Positions 48,950 to 58,673 of a DNA stretch of 64,000 nt are shown one piece after another. The translations under genes were made by a program, and so were the position numbers. Origin of the DNA: Alphaproteobacteria bacterium (GTDB lineage Bacteria; Pseudomonadota; Alphaproteobacteria; UBA828); NCBI GenBank assembly GCA_965237415.1, contig CBDEFM010000002.1, positions 3,488,001-3,552,000 on the forward strand. Reading direction: 5' to 3'. The notes below the pieces were generated by a model. It was not told where the DNA came from. It ran no database searches and saw nothing but the letters and a program-made list of their open reading frames with translations. How positions within the stretch are numbered: the first letter of the stretch is position 1; every line of letters starts with the position of its first letter.

Positions 48950-50386
48950 ATGACACGCAAGACATCCCCGGCCGTGCCGCCGGCGCCCGAGGCGACCGCG
49001 GGCAACGCGCCCAACCGCATGTGGGGCAGCCGCTTCGAGGTGTCGCCCGACGAGGTGATGGAGGCGATCAACGCCTCCATCGACTTCGACCGGAGGCTCT
49101 ACGCCGAGGATATCGCGGGCTCCGTCGCTCACGTCACCATGCTGGCGGCGCAAGGGATCGTGACGCAACAAGACGCGGACGCGATTACGGAAGGCTTGCA
49201 CCAGGTGCGGGATGAAATCGAGGCCGGAGGCTTCCCCTTCGACCGCGCGCTCGAAGACATCCACATGAATATCGAGGCTCGGCTTGCCGCGCTGATCGGC
49301 CCGGCCGCCGGCCGCCTCCACACCGCCCGCTCACGCAACGACCAGGTCGCGACCGATCTGCGTCTCTGGCTGCGGGCGCGTCTGGACCAGGCCGACGAGG
49401 CCTGCCGTGGGCTTCAGGCCGCACTTATCGACCGGGCCGAGGAGCACGTGGCCACCGTCATGCCGGGCTTCACTCACCTGCAGGTGGCGCAGCCGGTCTC
49501 CTTCGGCCACCACTTGCTGGCTTATGTCGAGATGATAGGTCGCGACCGGGGGCGGCTTGCCGATTGCCGCGGGCGCCTGAACGAGTCACCGCTCGGCGCC
49601 GCCGCGCTGGCCGGCACTTCGTATCCGATAAACCGAGCCATGACCGCAGAGCTCCTCGGCTTCGACCGGCCTTCGGCCAATTCCATCGACGCAGTCTCCG
49701 ACCGCGACTTCGTGGTGGAGGCGCTGGCGGCGGCGTCGCTGGTCGCCATGCATCTCTCGCGGCTCGCGGAGGAGCTCGTGCTCTGGTCGAGCGCGCAGTT
49801 CGGCTTCATCGCACTCTCCGACCGCTTTTCGACTGGCAGCTCCATCATGCCGCAGAAGCGAAACCCCGACGCCGCCGAGTTGGTGCGGGGCAAGACTGGG
49901 CGCATCGTCGGCGCGCTGATCGGCGTCCTCGTCGTGATGAAGGGCCTCGCGCTCACCTATTCGAAGGACATGCAGGAGGACAAAGAACCCCTCTTCGATG
50001 CCTTCGATTCGCTCGCGCTCTGTCTTGCAGCCGCGACCGGCATGGTCCGCGACATGACCGTGAAGGCGGACGCGATGGCTCGCGCCGCCGGGACCGGCCA
50101 CGCGACGGCAACCGACCTCGCCGACTGGTTGGTGCAGGAGGTGGGTGTTCCCTTCCGCGAAGCCCACGCGATCACCGGGCAAATCGTGAAGCTCGCCGAC
50201 GAGAAAGGCTGCGATCTCAAGGATCTGGCGCTCGCCGACCTGCAGGCCATCACGCCGCGGATCACCGCCGATGTGGTGGCGCTACTCGACCCCGCCCAAG
50301 CCATCGCACGCCGCACCAGCGAGGGCGGCACCGCGCCGAGCGAGGTGGCGAAGCAAGTTGTACGCGCCCGGCAGCGTTTTCTATAG
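48950..50386 (+). CDS. argH: Argininosuccinate lyase
   Basis: [38 protein letters not shown]. Confidence 0.97.
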   Translation: MTRKTSPAVPPAPEATAGNAPNRMWGSRFEVSPDEVMEAINASIDFDRRLYAEDIAGSVAHVTMLAAQGIVTQQDADAITEGLHQVRDEIEAGGFPFDRALEDIHMNIEARLAALIGPAAGRLHTARSRNDQVATDLRLWLRARLDQADEACRGLQAALIDRAEEHVATVMPGFTHLQVAQPVSFGHHLLAYVEMIGRDRGRLADCRGRLNESPLGAAALAGTSYPINRAMTAELLGFDRPSANSIDAVSDRDFVVEALAAASLVAMHLSRLAEELVLWSSAQFGFIALSDRFSTGSSIMPQKRNPDAAELVRGKTGRIVGALIGVLVVMKGLALTYSKDMQEDKEPLFDAFDSLALCLAAATGMVRDMTVKADAMARAAGTGHATATDLADWLVQEVGVPFREAHAITGQIVKLADEKGCDLKDLALADLQAITPRITADVVALLDPAQAIARRTSEGGTAPSEVAKQVVRARQRFL

Positions 50387-50434
50387 AGGTGCGCCCCGGT
50401 TGCAGCGCCGGGGTCGCGCGGAGGGCCGGATCGT

Positions 50435-50587
50435 ATGATACGCAAACTCAGCCTCCTGATGACGATCGTCACCGCGATCGGCCTGATCGTGGCCTTGTCG
50501 AGCTGCGGCAGAAAGGCGCCGCTTGAGCCGCCGCCCGCAGACGCCCAGGCCCCACCCCAGGCTGCGCCCATCCAAACGCTCGCCTGA
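50435..50587 (+). CDS. lptM: Small lipoprotein, LptM/YifL (LppL) family
   Basis: Manual translation MIRKLSLLMTIVTAIGLIVALSS-CGRKAPLEPPP (50 aa); lipobox and CGxKxPLxxP; lies between argH and lysA. Confidence 0.8.
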   Translation: MIRKLSLLMTIVTAIGLIVALSSCGRKAPLEPPPADAQAPPQAAPIQTLA

Positions 50588-50599
50588 CGGGAGACCGCC

Positions 50600-51868
50600 G
50601 TGGACGCTTTCGTCTATCGGGAGGAGAACGGCAGCCGCGTGCTCCATGCCGAGGGGGTTTCGCTCACCGCCGTCGCGGCGCGCTTCGGCACGCCGACGTA
50701 TTGCTACGCGAACGCCGCGCTGGTTGCCCGCTACCAGGCGCTCGGCGCCGCCGCGCCCCATGCGCTCATCTGCTACTCGATCAAGGCGAACGACAACCTC
50801 GCGGTGATCCGCACCCTGGCCCGCCTCGGCTCCGGCGCCGATATCATCTCGGGCGGCGAGCTGCGTCGCGCACTCCAGGCCGGCATCGCGCCGGAGCGGC
50901 TGGTGTTCGCCGGGCCCGGCAAGACGTGCGAGGAGATGGAGCTCGCGCTCGCCAGCGGGGTCGGGCAGTTCAACGTGGAATCCCCCGCCGAGCTTGAAGC
51001 TCTCGCCTCGGCGGCCCGCGCGCAGGGCACGCAGGCGCCCGTGGCGCTCCGCGTGAACCCCGACGTCGATGCCGAAACCCACGACAAGATCGCTACCGGC
51101 CGCCGGGGCGACAAGTTCGGGATCGACGATGGCGACATCGCCGCGCTCTACGCCAGGGCGGCTGCGCTGGAGGGGATCGAGCCGGTTGGCCTTGCGGTGC
51201 ATATCGGCTCGCAGCTCTCGCGCCTCGCGCCCTTCGAGGCCGCCTACGAGCGGGTCATCACCCTGGTGGAGGACCTGCGCGCTGCCGGCCACCCGGTGGA
51301 GCAGATCAACCTCGGCGGCGGGCTTGGCGTGCGCTACCGGGACGAGACGCCGCCCCCCGTCGAGGCCTACGGTGCGCTGGTCGAGCGTGTCCGCCAGCGA
51401 CTCGGCGTCACGGCCATTATCGAGCCGGGCCGTTGGCTGGTGGCGCCGGCGGGGGTCCTGCTCACCCGCGTCATCGCGGTCAAGCAGGCGGGCGAGCGCC
51501 GCTGCGTGATTGTCGACGCCGCCATGAACGATCTGATGCGGCCCGCGCTCTACGATGCGTGGCACGCCATCGAGCCGGTGGCGGAGCCCGCGCCGGGCGT
51601 CTCCACGGTGGAGACCGACATCGCCGGGCCGGTCTGCGAGAGCGCCGATGTGCTGGGCCGCGCCCGCCCGTTACCACCGCTCGCCGCTGGCGACCTCCTG
51701 GCATTGCGCGATGTCGGGGCTTACGGCTCCGTCATGGCATCGACCTACAACAGTCGCCTGCTGGCTGCCGAGGTCATGGTGCGCGGCGACGCTCTTGCCT
51801 CGATCCGGCCGCGCCAGGACTACGAGACGCTGCTGGCCCGCGACCTGGTCCCGTCCTGGCTCGCTTGA
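50600..51868 (+). CDS. lysA: Diaminopimelate decarboxylase
   Basis: YSIKAN, KFG, HIGSQ, GGG, EPGR, GPVCESAD, GAYG. Confidence 0.96.
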   Translation: MDAFVYREENGSRVLHAEGVSLTAVAARFGTPTYCYANAALVARYQALGAAAPHALICYSIKANDNLAVIRTLARLGSGADIISGGELRRALQAGIAPERLVFAGPGKTCEEMELALASGVGQFNVESPAELEALASAARAQGTQAPVALRVNPDVDAETHDKIATGRRGDKFGIDDGDIAALYARAAALEGIEPVGLAVHIGSQLSRLAPFEAAYERVITLVEDLRAAGHPVEQINLGGGLGVRYRDETPPPVEAYGALVERVRQRLGVTAIIEPGRWLVAPAGVLLTRVIAVKQAGERRCVIVDAAMNDLMRPALYDAWHAIEPVAEPAPGVSTVETDIAGPVCESADVLGRARPLPPLAAGDLLALRDVGAYGSVMASTYNSRLLAAEVMVRGDALASIRPRQDYETLLARDLVPSWLA

Positions 51869-51897
51869 GTGCCGATTCTTCGCGGCGGCCTGCCGCG

Positions 51898-52527
51898 CTA
51901 CTCCTGACCGTCGGCGACGAAGCCGACAGAAACCCGCGCCGCCCCCTCCGGCGGGCTCGCGAGCCAACTTTCGAAGGCCGTCGATTGCCCGCCGTTCAGA
52001 ACCGGGGACACCGCAGCCACCCGCCAACGATGCAGTTCCGTGCCGGCCTCGTCGGCGAGTACCGCCTGCAGCGCAGGCACCGTGCGGCTGTACTCGATGG
52101 TGTTTTCGACGACTCCGCGGACGAGAAGAATTGCCCCGTTGCCCCCTTGCACGCGCTCCGACTCGATATCGGAGATGCGAAGGCCGTCGGCGTGCGGAAC
52201 CCTGATCGAGAGACCCGCCGAATCGTAGACGCCCACCGTGTCCGGCCACATGGCGACGATCACGTTGCGACCGAGCGCGAGCCCGGCAATCACGATCGCG
52301 ATGGCGAACCCGGCCACGAGCCAGCCGATCCAGTCGGAGCGGCTACGCTCGGTCGACGGTGGCGGCGACGACTGCCCGTTCGAGTTGGGTCGCGGGGCCG
52401 CACCGCCTTGCGGCAGCTCGAGCCAGACATGGCCGCAGCTCTTGCATCGCACCCGGCGTCCGGCCTCGCCGAGGGCGGACGGGTCGATCCGATAGCGCGT
52501 CGAGCAGGCGAAGCAACGTATGATCAT
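51898..52527 (-). CDS. MJ0042-type zinc-ribbon / DUF3426 membrane protein
   Basis: CFAC...GRRVRCKSCGHVW, single TM, periplasmic beta domain. Confidence 0.88.
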   Translation of the reverse strand: MIIRCFACSTRYRIDPSALGEAGRRVRCKSCGHVWLELPQGGAAPRPNSNGQSSPPPSTERSRSDWIGWLVAGFAIAIVIAGLALGRNVIVAMWPDTVGVYDSAGLSIRVPHADGLRISDIESERVQGGNGAILLVRGVVENTIEYSRTVPALQAVLADEAGTELHRWRVAAVSPVLNGGQSTAFESWLASPPEGAARVSVGFVADGQE

Positions 52528-52687
52528 GGGGGAACGGGCAGGTGCCCTCTCTCCGAATCAGAACTTGTGGTACGGGCGGCGCGACCAAGTAACTTCATCG
52601 CCCGTGCTGTCAACCCCACATGGCCCGGCGGCGCTCGGACGCGCAGCCCGTATGCCCGCCGAACGGTGGCCGAATCGGCGGCCCAGC

Positions 52688-53377
52688 ATGGACTCTAGCC
52701 CGCGCGAGCGTGCCCGGCGATGGGCTCTCCGCGTCGTGCGCGCGGTGCTCTCGGCGGTCGCGCTCTTCGCACTCCTCTGGTCTGGCGGGCTCGCGTGGTT
52801 CGCGGAGGCATCGCGCGAAGGCTCGGACCGGCCGGAGCTGGCCACCGAGGTCATCGTCGTCCCCACCGGCGGCTCCGGAAGGCTGGAGGAAGGCTTACGC
52901 CTGCTTGAGAGCGGCGTCGCACAGATGCTCTTCGTGACCGGAGTCGGCGAGGGAGTGGAGCGCGCGGAGCTTCGCGAGCGCTACGATCCCGCGCTCTGGG
53001 CCTGCTGTGTGGAGCTCGGCTACGAGGCCGAGGATACCGAGTCGAACGCGCGGGAGGCGGCGGCTTGGATGGAAAGCCGCTCCTTTACCAGCCTGCGTCT
53101 GGTCACCAGCGGCTATCACATGCTGCGGGCCATGATGGAGTTCCGAAGCGCCTTGCCAAATGCTACTCTCGTGGCACATCCCGTGTTTCCGGAGCACGTT
53201 AAGGTAGAGCATTGGTGGCGCTATCGTGGGACCGCGGCCCTGATCGCGAGCGAGTTCACCAAATATCTGTGGGCACTGGCGCGCCGGACGCTCGGATTCG
53301 GCCTGGGCCGGCGCACACACTTGGGAACACGCTCCGCTCGGCACTCTGCACGGTCGCCTTCTACACCTGGGGGGTGA
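52688..53377 (+). CDS. YdcF/DUF218 family protein
   Basis: N-terminal TM, IVVPTGG..RL, T..NA.E, LVTSGYHM, SEFTK. The 3' end may be extended (see findings). Confidence 0.88.
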   Translation: MDSSPRERARRWALRVVRAVLSAVALFALLWSGGLAWFAEASREGSDRPELATEVIVVPTGGSGRLEEGLRLLESGVAQMLFVTGVGEGVERAELRERYDPALWACCVELGYEAEDTESNAREAAAWMESRSFTSLRLVTSGYHMLRAMMEFRSALPNATLVAHPVFPEHVKVEHWWRYRGTAALIASEFTKYLWALARRTLGFGLGRRTHLGTRSARHSARSPSTPGG

Positions 53378-54102
53378 TGATCGGCACCGTCATGGTGCCG
53401 ATGCTGCTGTTGCCGCGCCATTGGTTCCGCCAGTTCGTGATCACCTGGTCCGCGGGGAACGGCATGCTGCTGCGGATCATCGCCGGCGTCCATTCGGAAA
53501 TACGGAACCGCGAGCACAGACCCACGGGCGCCGCAATCATAGCGTCCAAGCATCAGTCGGAGTGGGAGGCCCACGTCTTCCTGCACGAGCTCGACGACCC
53601 CGCCTACGTGATCAAGAGGGAGCTGTCGTTCGTCCCCGGCTACGGTTGGTTCTCGGCCAAGGTGAACATGATCTTCGTCGACCGCGAGGGCGGCGCGAAA
53701 TCGCTGCGCGGACTGATCAGGGGTGCGCAGAAGGCGGTGGCACGAGGCCGACCGGTCGTGATCTTCCCCGAGGGCACGCGGGTCATGCCGGGGGAGAAGC
53801 TGCCCTATCGGCCCGGCGTCGCTGCGCTCTATAGCGCCCTCGACGTGCCGGTTGTGCCCGTCGTTCTCAACTCGGGCATGCACTGGCCCAAGGGCTCCTT
53901 CAGGCGCTACCCCGGCACCATCGTCATGGAGTATCTGCCGCCGATCCCGCCGGGGCTGCCGCGGCGCGACTTCATGGAGCGCCTAGAAACGGCGATGGAA
54001 GAAGCATCGCAGAGGCTCTTCGCCGAACTTTACGGCGCACCGGGAGAGGCTGCTTCGAAACAGGCCGAGGAGACTGCGCCGGGACGGGCCGACGCGGCAT
54101 AG
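53323..54102 (+). CDS. plsC: 1-acyl-sn-glycerol-3-phosphate acyltransferase (start codon anomalous)
   Basis: KHQSEWE, IFVDR, IFPEGTR, VPVVP motifs; the expected start position reads GGG. Confidence 0.88.
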   Translation, partial: GNTLRSALCTVAFYTWGVMIGTVMVPMLLLPRHWFRQFVITWSAGNGMLLRIIAGVHSEIRNREHRPTGAAIIASKHQSEWEAHVFLHELDDPAYVIKRELSFVPGYGWFSAKVNMIFVDREGGAKSLRGLIRGAQKAVARGRPVVIFPEGTRVMPGEKLPYRPGVAALYSALDVPVVPVVLNSGMHWPKGSFRRYPGTIVMEYLPPIPPGLPRRDFMERLETAMEEASQRLFAELYGAPGEAASKQAEETAPGRADAA

Positions 54103-54153
54103 TCCGGCTTTTGACTCTCCTGCCCGAGTCGTCGACCGAACCGTCGTCCGCGC

Positions 54154-54217
54154 GCACCATATTGTATCAAGAGAGCCCGGCTGGTAGAGTGGGCGGGTGC
54201 GAAACAAAGTGCGAACA
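54154..54217. promoter_or_regulatory. nrdJ upstream: partial NrdR-like box and near-consensus LexA box
   Basis: GCACCATATTGT at 54154; AAAC-N7-GAAC at 54202-54216. Confidence 0.4.
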
Positions 54218-54267
54218 TCGGCGTATGGCGAGCCGATGGACGCGCACGCGGGGGCGATGGGCCCGTC

Positions 54268-56652
54268 ATGACTGAGATGCTGCCGATCTCGTCCCGAATT
54301 TGGGACATGAAGTACCGCCTGAAGGCGGCAGACGGCACGCCCATCGACGGCACGATCGAGGATAGCTGGCGGCGGGTGGCCCGCGCGCTGGCCTCGGCCG
54401 AGTCGGAGCCCGAGCGCTGGGAGCCGGTGTTCTACGAGGCGCTCCAGGGGTTCAAGCTCCTGCCCGCCGGCCGCATCCTCGCCGGCGCCGGTGCGGAGCG
54501 GCAGGTCACCCTCTTCAACTGCTTCGTGATGGGGCGGATCGCGGACGACATGACCGCGATCTTCGAGCACCTGAAGGAAGCGGCGCTGACCATGCAGCAA
54601 GGCGGCGGCATCGGTTACGACTTCTCGACGCTCCGGCCCAAGGGTGCGCCGGTCAAGGGCGTCGGCGCCGACGCATCGGGGCCGCTTCCGTTCATGGATG
54701 TCTGGGATGCGATGTGCCGCACCATCATGAGCGCCGGCTTTCGCCGCGGGGCGATGATGGGCTGTCTGCGCTGCGATCACCCCGACATCGAGGCCTTCAT
54801 CGAGGCCAAGCGCGACCCTGGCCGGCTCCGCATGTTCAACCTCTCGGTGCTGGTGACCGATGCGTTCATGCAGGCGGTCAAGGACAACGCTTCGTGGGAG
54901 CTCGCCTTCGAGGGCGTCGTCTACCGCACCGTTACGGCGCGCACGCTGTGGGAGCGGATCATCCGCTCGACCTACGCCTACGCCGAGCCCGGCGTGATCT
55001 TCATCGACCGCATCAACCGGACCAACAACCTCGCCTATTGCGAGGAGATCTTCGCCACCAATCCTTGCGGCGAGCAGCCGCTGCCCCCCTATGGCGCCTG
55101 CCTTCTGGGCTCGATCAACCTGGCGAGCCTGGTGCGGGACCCCTTCGAGCAGGACGCCGCGCTCGACATGGCGGTGCTGGAGGCGCTCACCGCCACCGCC
55201 GTCAGGATGCTCGACAACGCGATCGATTGCTCGCGCTTCCCCATCGCGGCACAGCAGGAAGAGGCGCAGGCCAAGCGGCGCATCGGGCTCGGCGTCACCG
55301 GGCTCGCCGACGCGCTCATCATGTGCCGGGCGCGCTACGGCGGCAACACGGCGAACGCCCTGATCGAGCAGTGGATGGGTGGCCTGCAGCGGGCGGCATA
55401 TCTGGCGTCGGCAGAGCTTGCGGCGGAGAAGGGTGTCTTCCCCCTCTACGACCCCGCGCGCTATGCCGAGAGCCCGACGATCCGGCGCCTCGACGAGGAC
55501 GTGCGGGCTGCGATCGACGAATCGGGGGTCCGCAATGCACTGCTCACCTCGGTGGCGCCGACGGGCACGATCTCGCTTGTGGCAGGCAATGTCTCGTCCG
55601 GTATCGAGCCGGTGTTCAGCTACTCATACACGCGCAACGTGCTCATGCCGGACGGCACGCGCCGGGCGGAAACCGTGGACGACCACGCCTATCTGCTGTT
55701 TCGCCGCCTCAAGGGCGATGCGGCGTCGCTGCCGGACTATTTCGTCGACGCTCAGTCGCTTCGCCCAGCCGATCACCTCACCGTCCAGGCGCAGGCCCAG
55801 GCCTTCGTCGACAGCTCCATCTCCAAGACCATCAACTGCCCGGAGGAGATGGAATTCGACGATTTCAAGGACGTCTACCTGCGGGCCTACGATCTTGGCT
55901 GCAAGGGCTGCACCACTTACCGACCCAACCCGGTGACGGGCGCGGTGCTGGAGGGCGCATCCGGCGTGGCAGCGCGCAGGGCGCCCGCGGCCAGTGCCGA
56001 GGGTGCGGCCGCGCCGGTCGCAGACGCGCCTGCGCGCCTTCCCGCCGCCCGGCAGAGCGAGCTGCCGCTGGAGCCGCCGCCGGCCCGGCCGGAGGATGCC
56101 TTCGAGGCGGGCGCGGTCATCCACATGACCCGCCCGCTGGAGCGGCCGGAGGCGCTGCAGGGCAGCACCTACAAGATCCGTTGGCCAGAGCACGACCACG
56201 CCATCTACATCACCATCAACGACATCATCCGCGACGGGCGGCGGCAGCCCTTCGAGATCTTCATCAATTCGAAGAACACCGAGCACTATGCCTGGACGGT
56301 CGCGTTGACGCGGATGATCAGCGCCGTGTTCCGCCGGGGCGGCGACGTGTCGTTCATCGTGGACGAACTCAAGGCGGTCTTCGATCCGAGGGGCGGCCAA
56401 TGGGTTGGCGGCCATTACGTGCCCTCCATTCTCGCCGCCATCGGCGGCGTAATCGAACAGCATCTGGTAAGCATCGGTGCCCTCGTGCCGCCGGAGAGCG
56501 AGATCGTGCGCCTGGAGGCGCCCGCGGCCGCAGACGGTGGTGCGGCGCAGGCCGAGTTGGTGCGGTACTGCGGGCGTTGCGGGCAACCCGGCCTCTTGCA
56601 CCGGGAGGGGTGCGATCTCTGCCCTGCTTGCGGCTACTCCAAGTGTGCGTGA
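54268..56652 (+). CDS. nrdJ: Class II (adenosylcobalamin-dependent) ribonucleotide reductase
   Basis: PAGRI, FNC, RRGAMM, TNPCGEQPL, APTGTIS, SISKT; C-terminal TSCPD-like domain and Cys cluster. Confidence 0.95.
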   Translation: MTEMLPISSRIWDMKYRLKAADGTPIDGTIEDSWRRVARALASAESEPERWEPVFYEALQGFKLLPAGRILAGAGAERQVTLFNCFVMGRIADDMTAIFEHLKEAALTMQQGGGIGYDFSTLRPKGAPVKGVGADASGPLPFMDVWDAMCRTIMSAGFRRGAMMGCLRCDHPDIEAFIEAKRDPGRLRMFNLSVLVTDAFMQAVKDNASWELAFEGVVYRTVTARTLWERIIRSTYAYAEPGVIFIDRINRTNNLAYCEEIFATNPCGEQPLPPYGACLLGSINLASLVRDPFEQDAALDMAVLEALTATAVRMLDNAIDCSRFPIAAQQEEAQAKRRIGLGVTGLADALIMCRARYGGNTANALIEQWMGGLQRAAYLASAELAAEKGVFPLYDPARYAESPTIRRLDEDVRAAIDESGVRNALLTSVAPTGTISLVAGNVSSGIEPVFSYSYTRNVLMPDGTRRAETVDDHAYLLFRRLKGDAASLPDYFVDAQSLRPADHLTVQAQAQAFVDSSISKTINCPEEMEFDDFKDVYLRAYDLGCKGCTTYRPNPVTGAVLEGASGVAARRAPAASAEGAAAPVADAPARLPAARQSELPLEPPPARPEDAFEAGAVIHMTRPLERPEALQGSTYKIRWPEHDHAIYITINDIIRDGRRQPFEIFINSKNTEHYAWTVALTRMISAVFRRGGDVSFIVDELKAVFDPRGGQWVGGHYVPSILAAIGGVIEQHLVSIGALVPPESEIVRLEAPAAADGGAAQAELVRYCGRCGQPGLLHREGCDLCPACGYSKCA

Positions 56653-56718
56653 GAAGTCCGGACTGGCGCTTGAACCCTTAGAGCACCCTGATTACCGTTC
56701 TCCGGACCGAGTCCGTCC

Positions 56719-57771
56719 ATGAGAAGACCGATGCGACTCGTTCTCCTCGCCCCCTTCGCCGCGGGCGCAATCGCGATCGCCGTGGCCGGATATACCGGCT
56801 ACTGGTTCATCGCTGCGGGCGAAATCGGGGACCGGATCGACGATTGGGCCGAAAAACAACGCGCCCAGGGGCTCGAGATCGAGACCGGGGGGACGCAGGT
56901 GTCAGGCTTCCCGTTCCGCTTCGAGGTCACTCTGCGCGAGCTGCAAATCCACGACACGCGGAACGGGTGGCGCTGGGCTTCCGATTCGCTGCGCGCGGAA
57001 GCCTCCGCCTGGGACTTCAGCGAAGTCACCGTCTTCCCCGACCGCCGCAATTCGGTTCAGGTTCTTCTCGAAGGCGGCGAATGGCGCGACATCGATGCAG
57101 AGATCGACGACGGGCGGCTCGTCGTCAGGCTGGACGATGACAGGCGCTTCAGGGAGATCATGCTCGACCTGCAGGGGCTTGAGATCGCGGGCGTGTGGCC
57201 GCAGGGGGCCGCGCAGATCGGCAGCCTGCAAGCGAACGGCATCGCCATCGACGACGACGGCAGCGGCGAGGAGGTCCTGAAGACATCGATCGCCGTGCGC
57301 GATGCCGTGCTCCCGAGCGATCTCGCCGAAGGGCTCGGCGAGACCCTCGACTTTCTCGACATCGACGCGAGCGTGGTAGGTTCGATTCCAAGCGAGCGCG
57401 GGACGAACGAGGCGATCACCGCCTGGCGCGACGCCGGCGGCACGCTGGAGCTTACCGGCCTCCGCGTGCGCTGGGGGCCTCTCGGGATCGAAACGAGCGG
57501 GACAATCGCGCTCGACGGGGCCATGCGCCCGATCGCCGCGCTGACCGCCGACATCATCGGCTACGGCGATGTCATCGACGCGCTGATCATGAGCAACCTG
57601 ATCCCCTTGGGCGAGGGCTTCATCGCCAAGGTCGCCTTCAACTTGCTGGCCGAGAAGCCGGAGGACGGCAGCCCTCCGGTGTTGCGCGGGGTGCCCGTGA
57701 CGGCGCAGGACGGCACATTGACCGTGGCCACGATCAAGGTCGCGGAGTTGCCGCCGCTGCCCCTGGAGTAA
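56719..57771 (+). CDS. DUF2125 domain protein
   Basis: N-terminal TM with Y..YW, SGFPFRF, WRDAGGTLEL...WGPL. Confidence 0.85.
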   Translation: MRRPMRLVLLAPFAAGAIAIAVAGYTGYWFIAAGEIGDRIDDWAEKQRAQGLEIETGGTQVSGFPFRFEVTLRELQIHDTRNGWRWASDSLRAEASAWDFSEVTVFPDRRNSVQVLLEGGEWRDIDAEIDDGRLVVRLDDDRRFREIMLDLQGLEIAGVWPQGAAQIGSLQANGIAIDDDGSGEEVLKTSIAVRDAVLPSDLAEGLGETLDFLDIDASVVGSIPSERGTNEAITAWRDAGGTLELTGLRVRWGPLGIETSGTIALDGAMRPIAALTADIIGYGDVIDALIMSNLIPLGEGFIAKVAFNLLAEKPEDGSPPVLRGVPVTAQDGTLTVATIKVAELPPLPLE

Positions 57772-57787
57772 GGCAGCGCTCGGGGAG

Positions 57788-58543
57788 CTAAGGCTTCGCC
57801 AAGACCCCGCCGTCGACGATCAGCTCGGTCCCGGTGATGAACGACGCCGCGTCGGAAAGCAGGAAGAGCGTGGCATTTGCCATGTCCCGAGGGGTACCGA
57901 CGCGACCCAGCGGCACCGCTGCCTCCGTGGCTTCCCTGAGCGCGGGCTTGTCGATCCACCGCTGCTGCATTGGCGTCTGCGTGGGCCCCGGCAGGACGGC
58001 GTTGGAACGGATGCCGTCGGCCGCGAACTGGATCGCGATGGACTTCGACATCGCAATCAGGCCGGCCTTGGAAGCCTGGTAGGCATCCTGGGGCGCGTCG
58101 TCGCCGCGCACGCATTGGATGGTGGAGATGTGCACCATCGCGCCGCCGCCCGTCTGCTTCATCAGCGGCACCGCGTGGCGGATGCAGACCGCCGCGCCCT
58201 TAAGGTTGATCGCGAGCACGTCGTCCCAGACGCCGAGGTCGATATCGACCAGCGAGCGGTCGCGGCCGAGCAGTAGGACGCCCGCGGCATTCACCAGGTA
58301 GTCGAGCCGGCCCGCCGCCTCGTAGCAAGCGGCCAGCGCCTGAGCCACGGCCTCCGCATCGCGAAGGTCGGCCTGGACATAGCGGGCGCCGGCGGGCAGA
58401 TCGTCCGGTGCCGGCTTCACATCGAAGAGCGTCGCCTGCGCGCCGGCACCGATCAGATCGCGCGCGATCTGTAGTCCCATGCCGCCGCCGGCGCCTGTCA
58501 CGAAAGCGTTGCGCCCGCTGAAGTCGGCCTGCTTCTGGGTCAT
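57788..58543 (-). CDS. SDR family oxidoreductase
   Basis: TGAGGGMG, NAAG, YQASK, IRSNAVLPG. Confidence 0.92.
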   Translation of the reverse strand: MTQKQADFSGRNAFVTGAGGGMGLQIARDLIGAGAQATLFDVKPAPDDLPAGARYVQADLRDAEAVAQALAACYEAAGRLDYLVNAAGVLLLGRDRSLVDIDLGVWDDVLAINLKGAAVCIRHAVPLMKQTGGGAMVHISTIQCVRGDDAPQDAYQASKAGLIAMSKSIAIQFAADGIRSNAVLPGPTQTPMQQRWIDKPALREATEAAVPLGRVGTPRDMANATLFLLSDAASFITGTELIVDGGVLAKP

Positions 58544-58673
58544 CGGTCCCTCCCTGATTGAAGTATCGCTTTAGCCGCATTTCCAGCGCACTCGCAAGCT
58601 ATCGCTCAAGTGGGCCCTATGGCACGCTTTAGGTGGGGCGCCGCAGCAGGGTGAGCCACCGAGCCGAGGAGTC

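Noticed and set aside
54103-54267. Cobalamin riboswitch upstream of nrdJ (or the CobW-family gene)
   Set aside because: No B12-box motifs visible and the spacer is short.
55960-56110. Intein or insertion element in nrdJ
   Set aside because: Only a short Ala/Pro linker; no splice-junction or endonuclease motifs.
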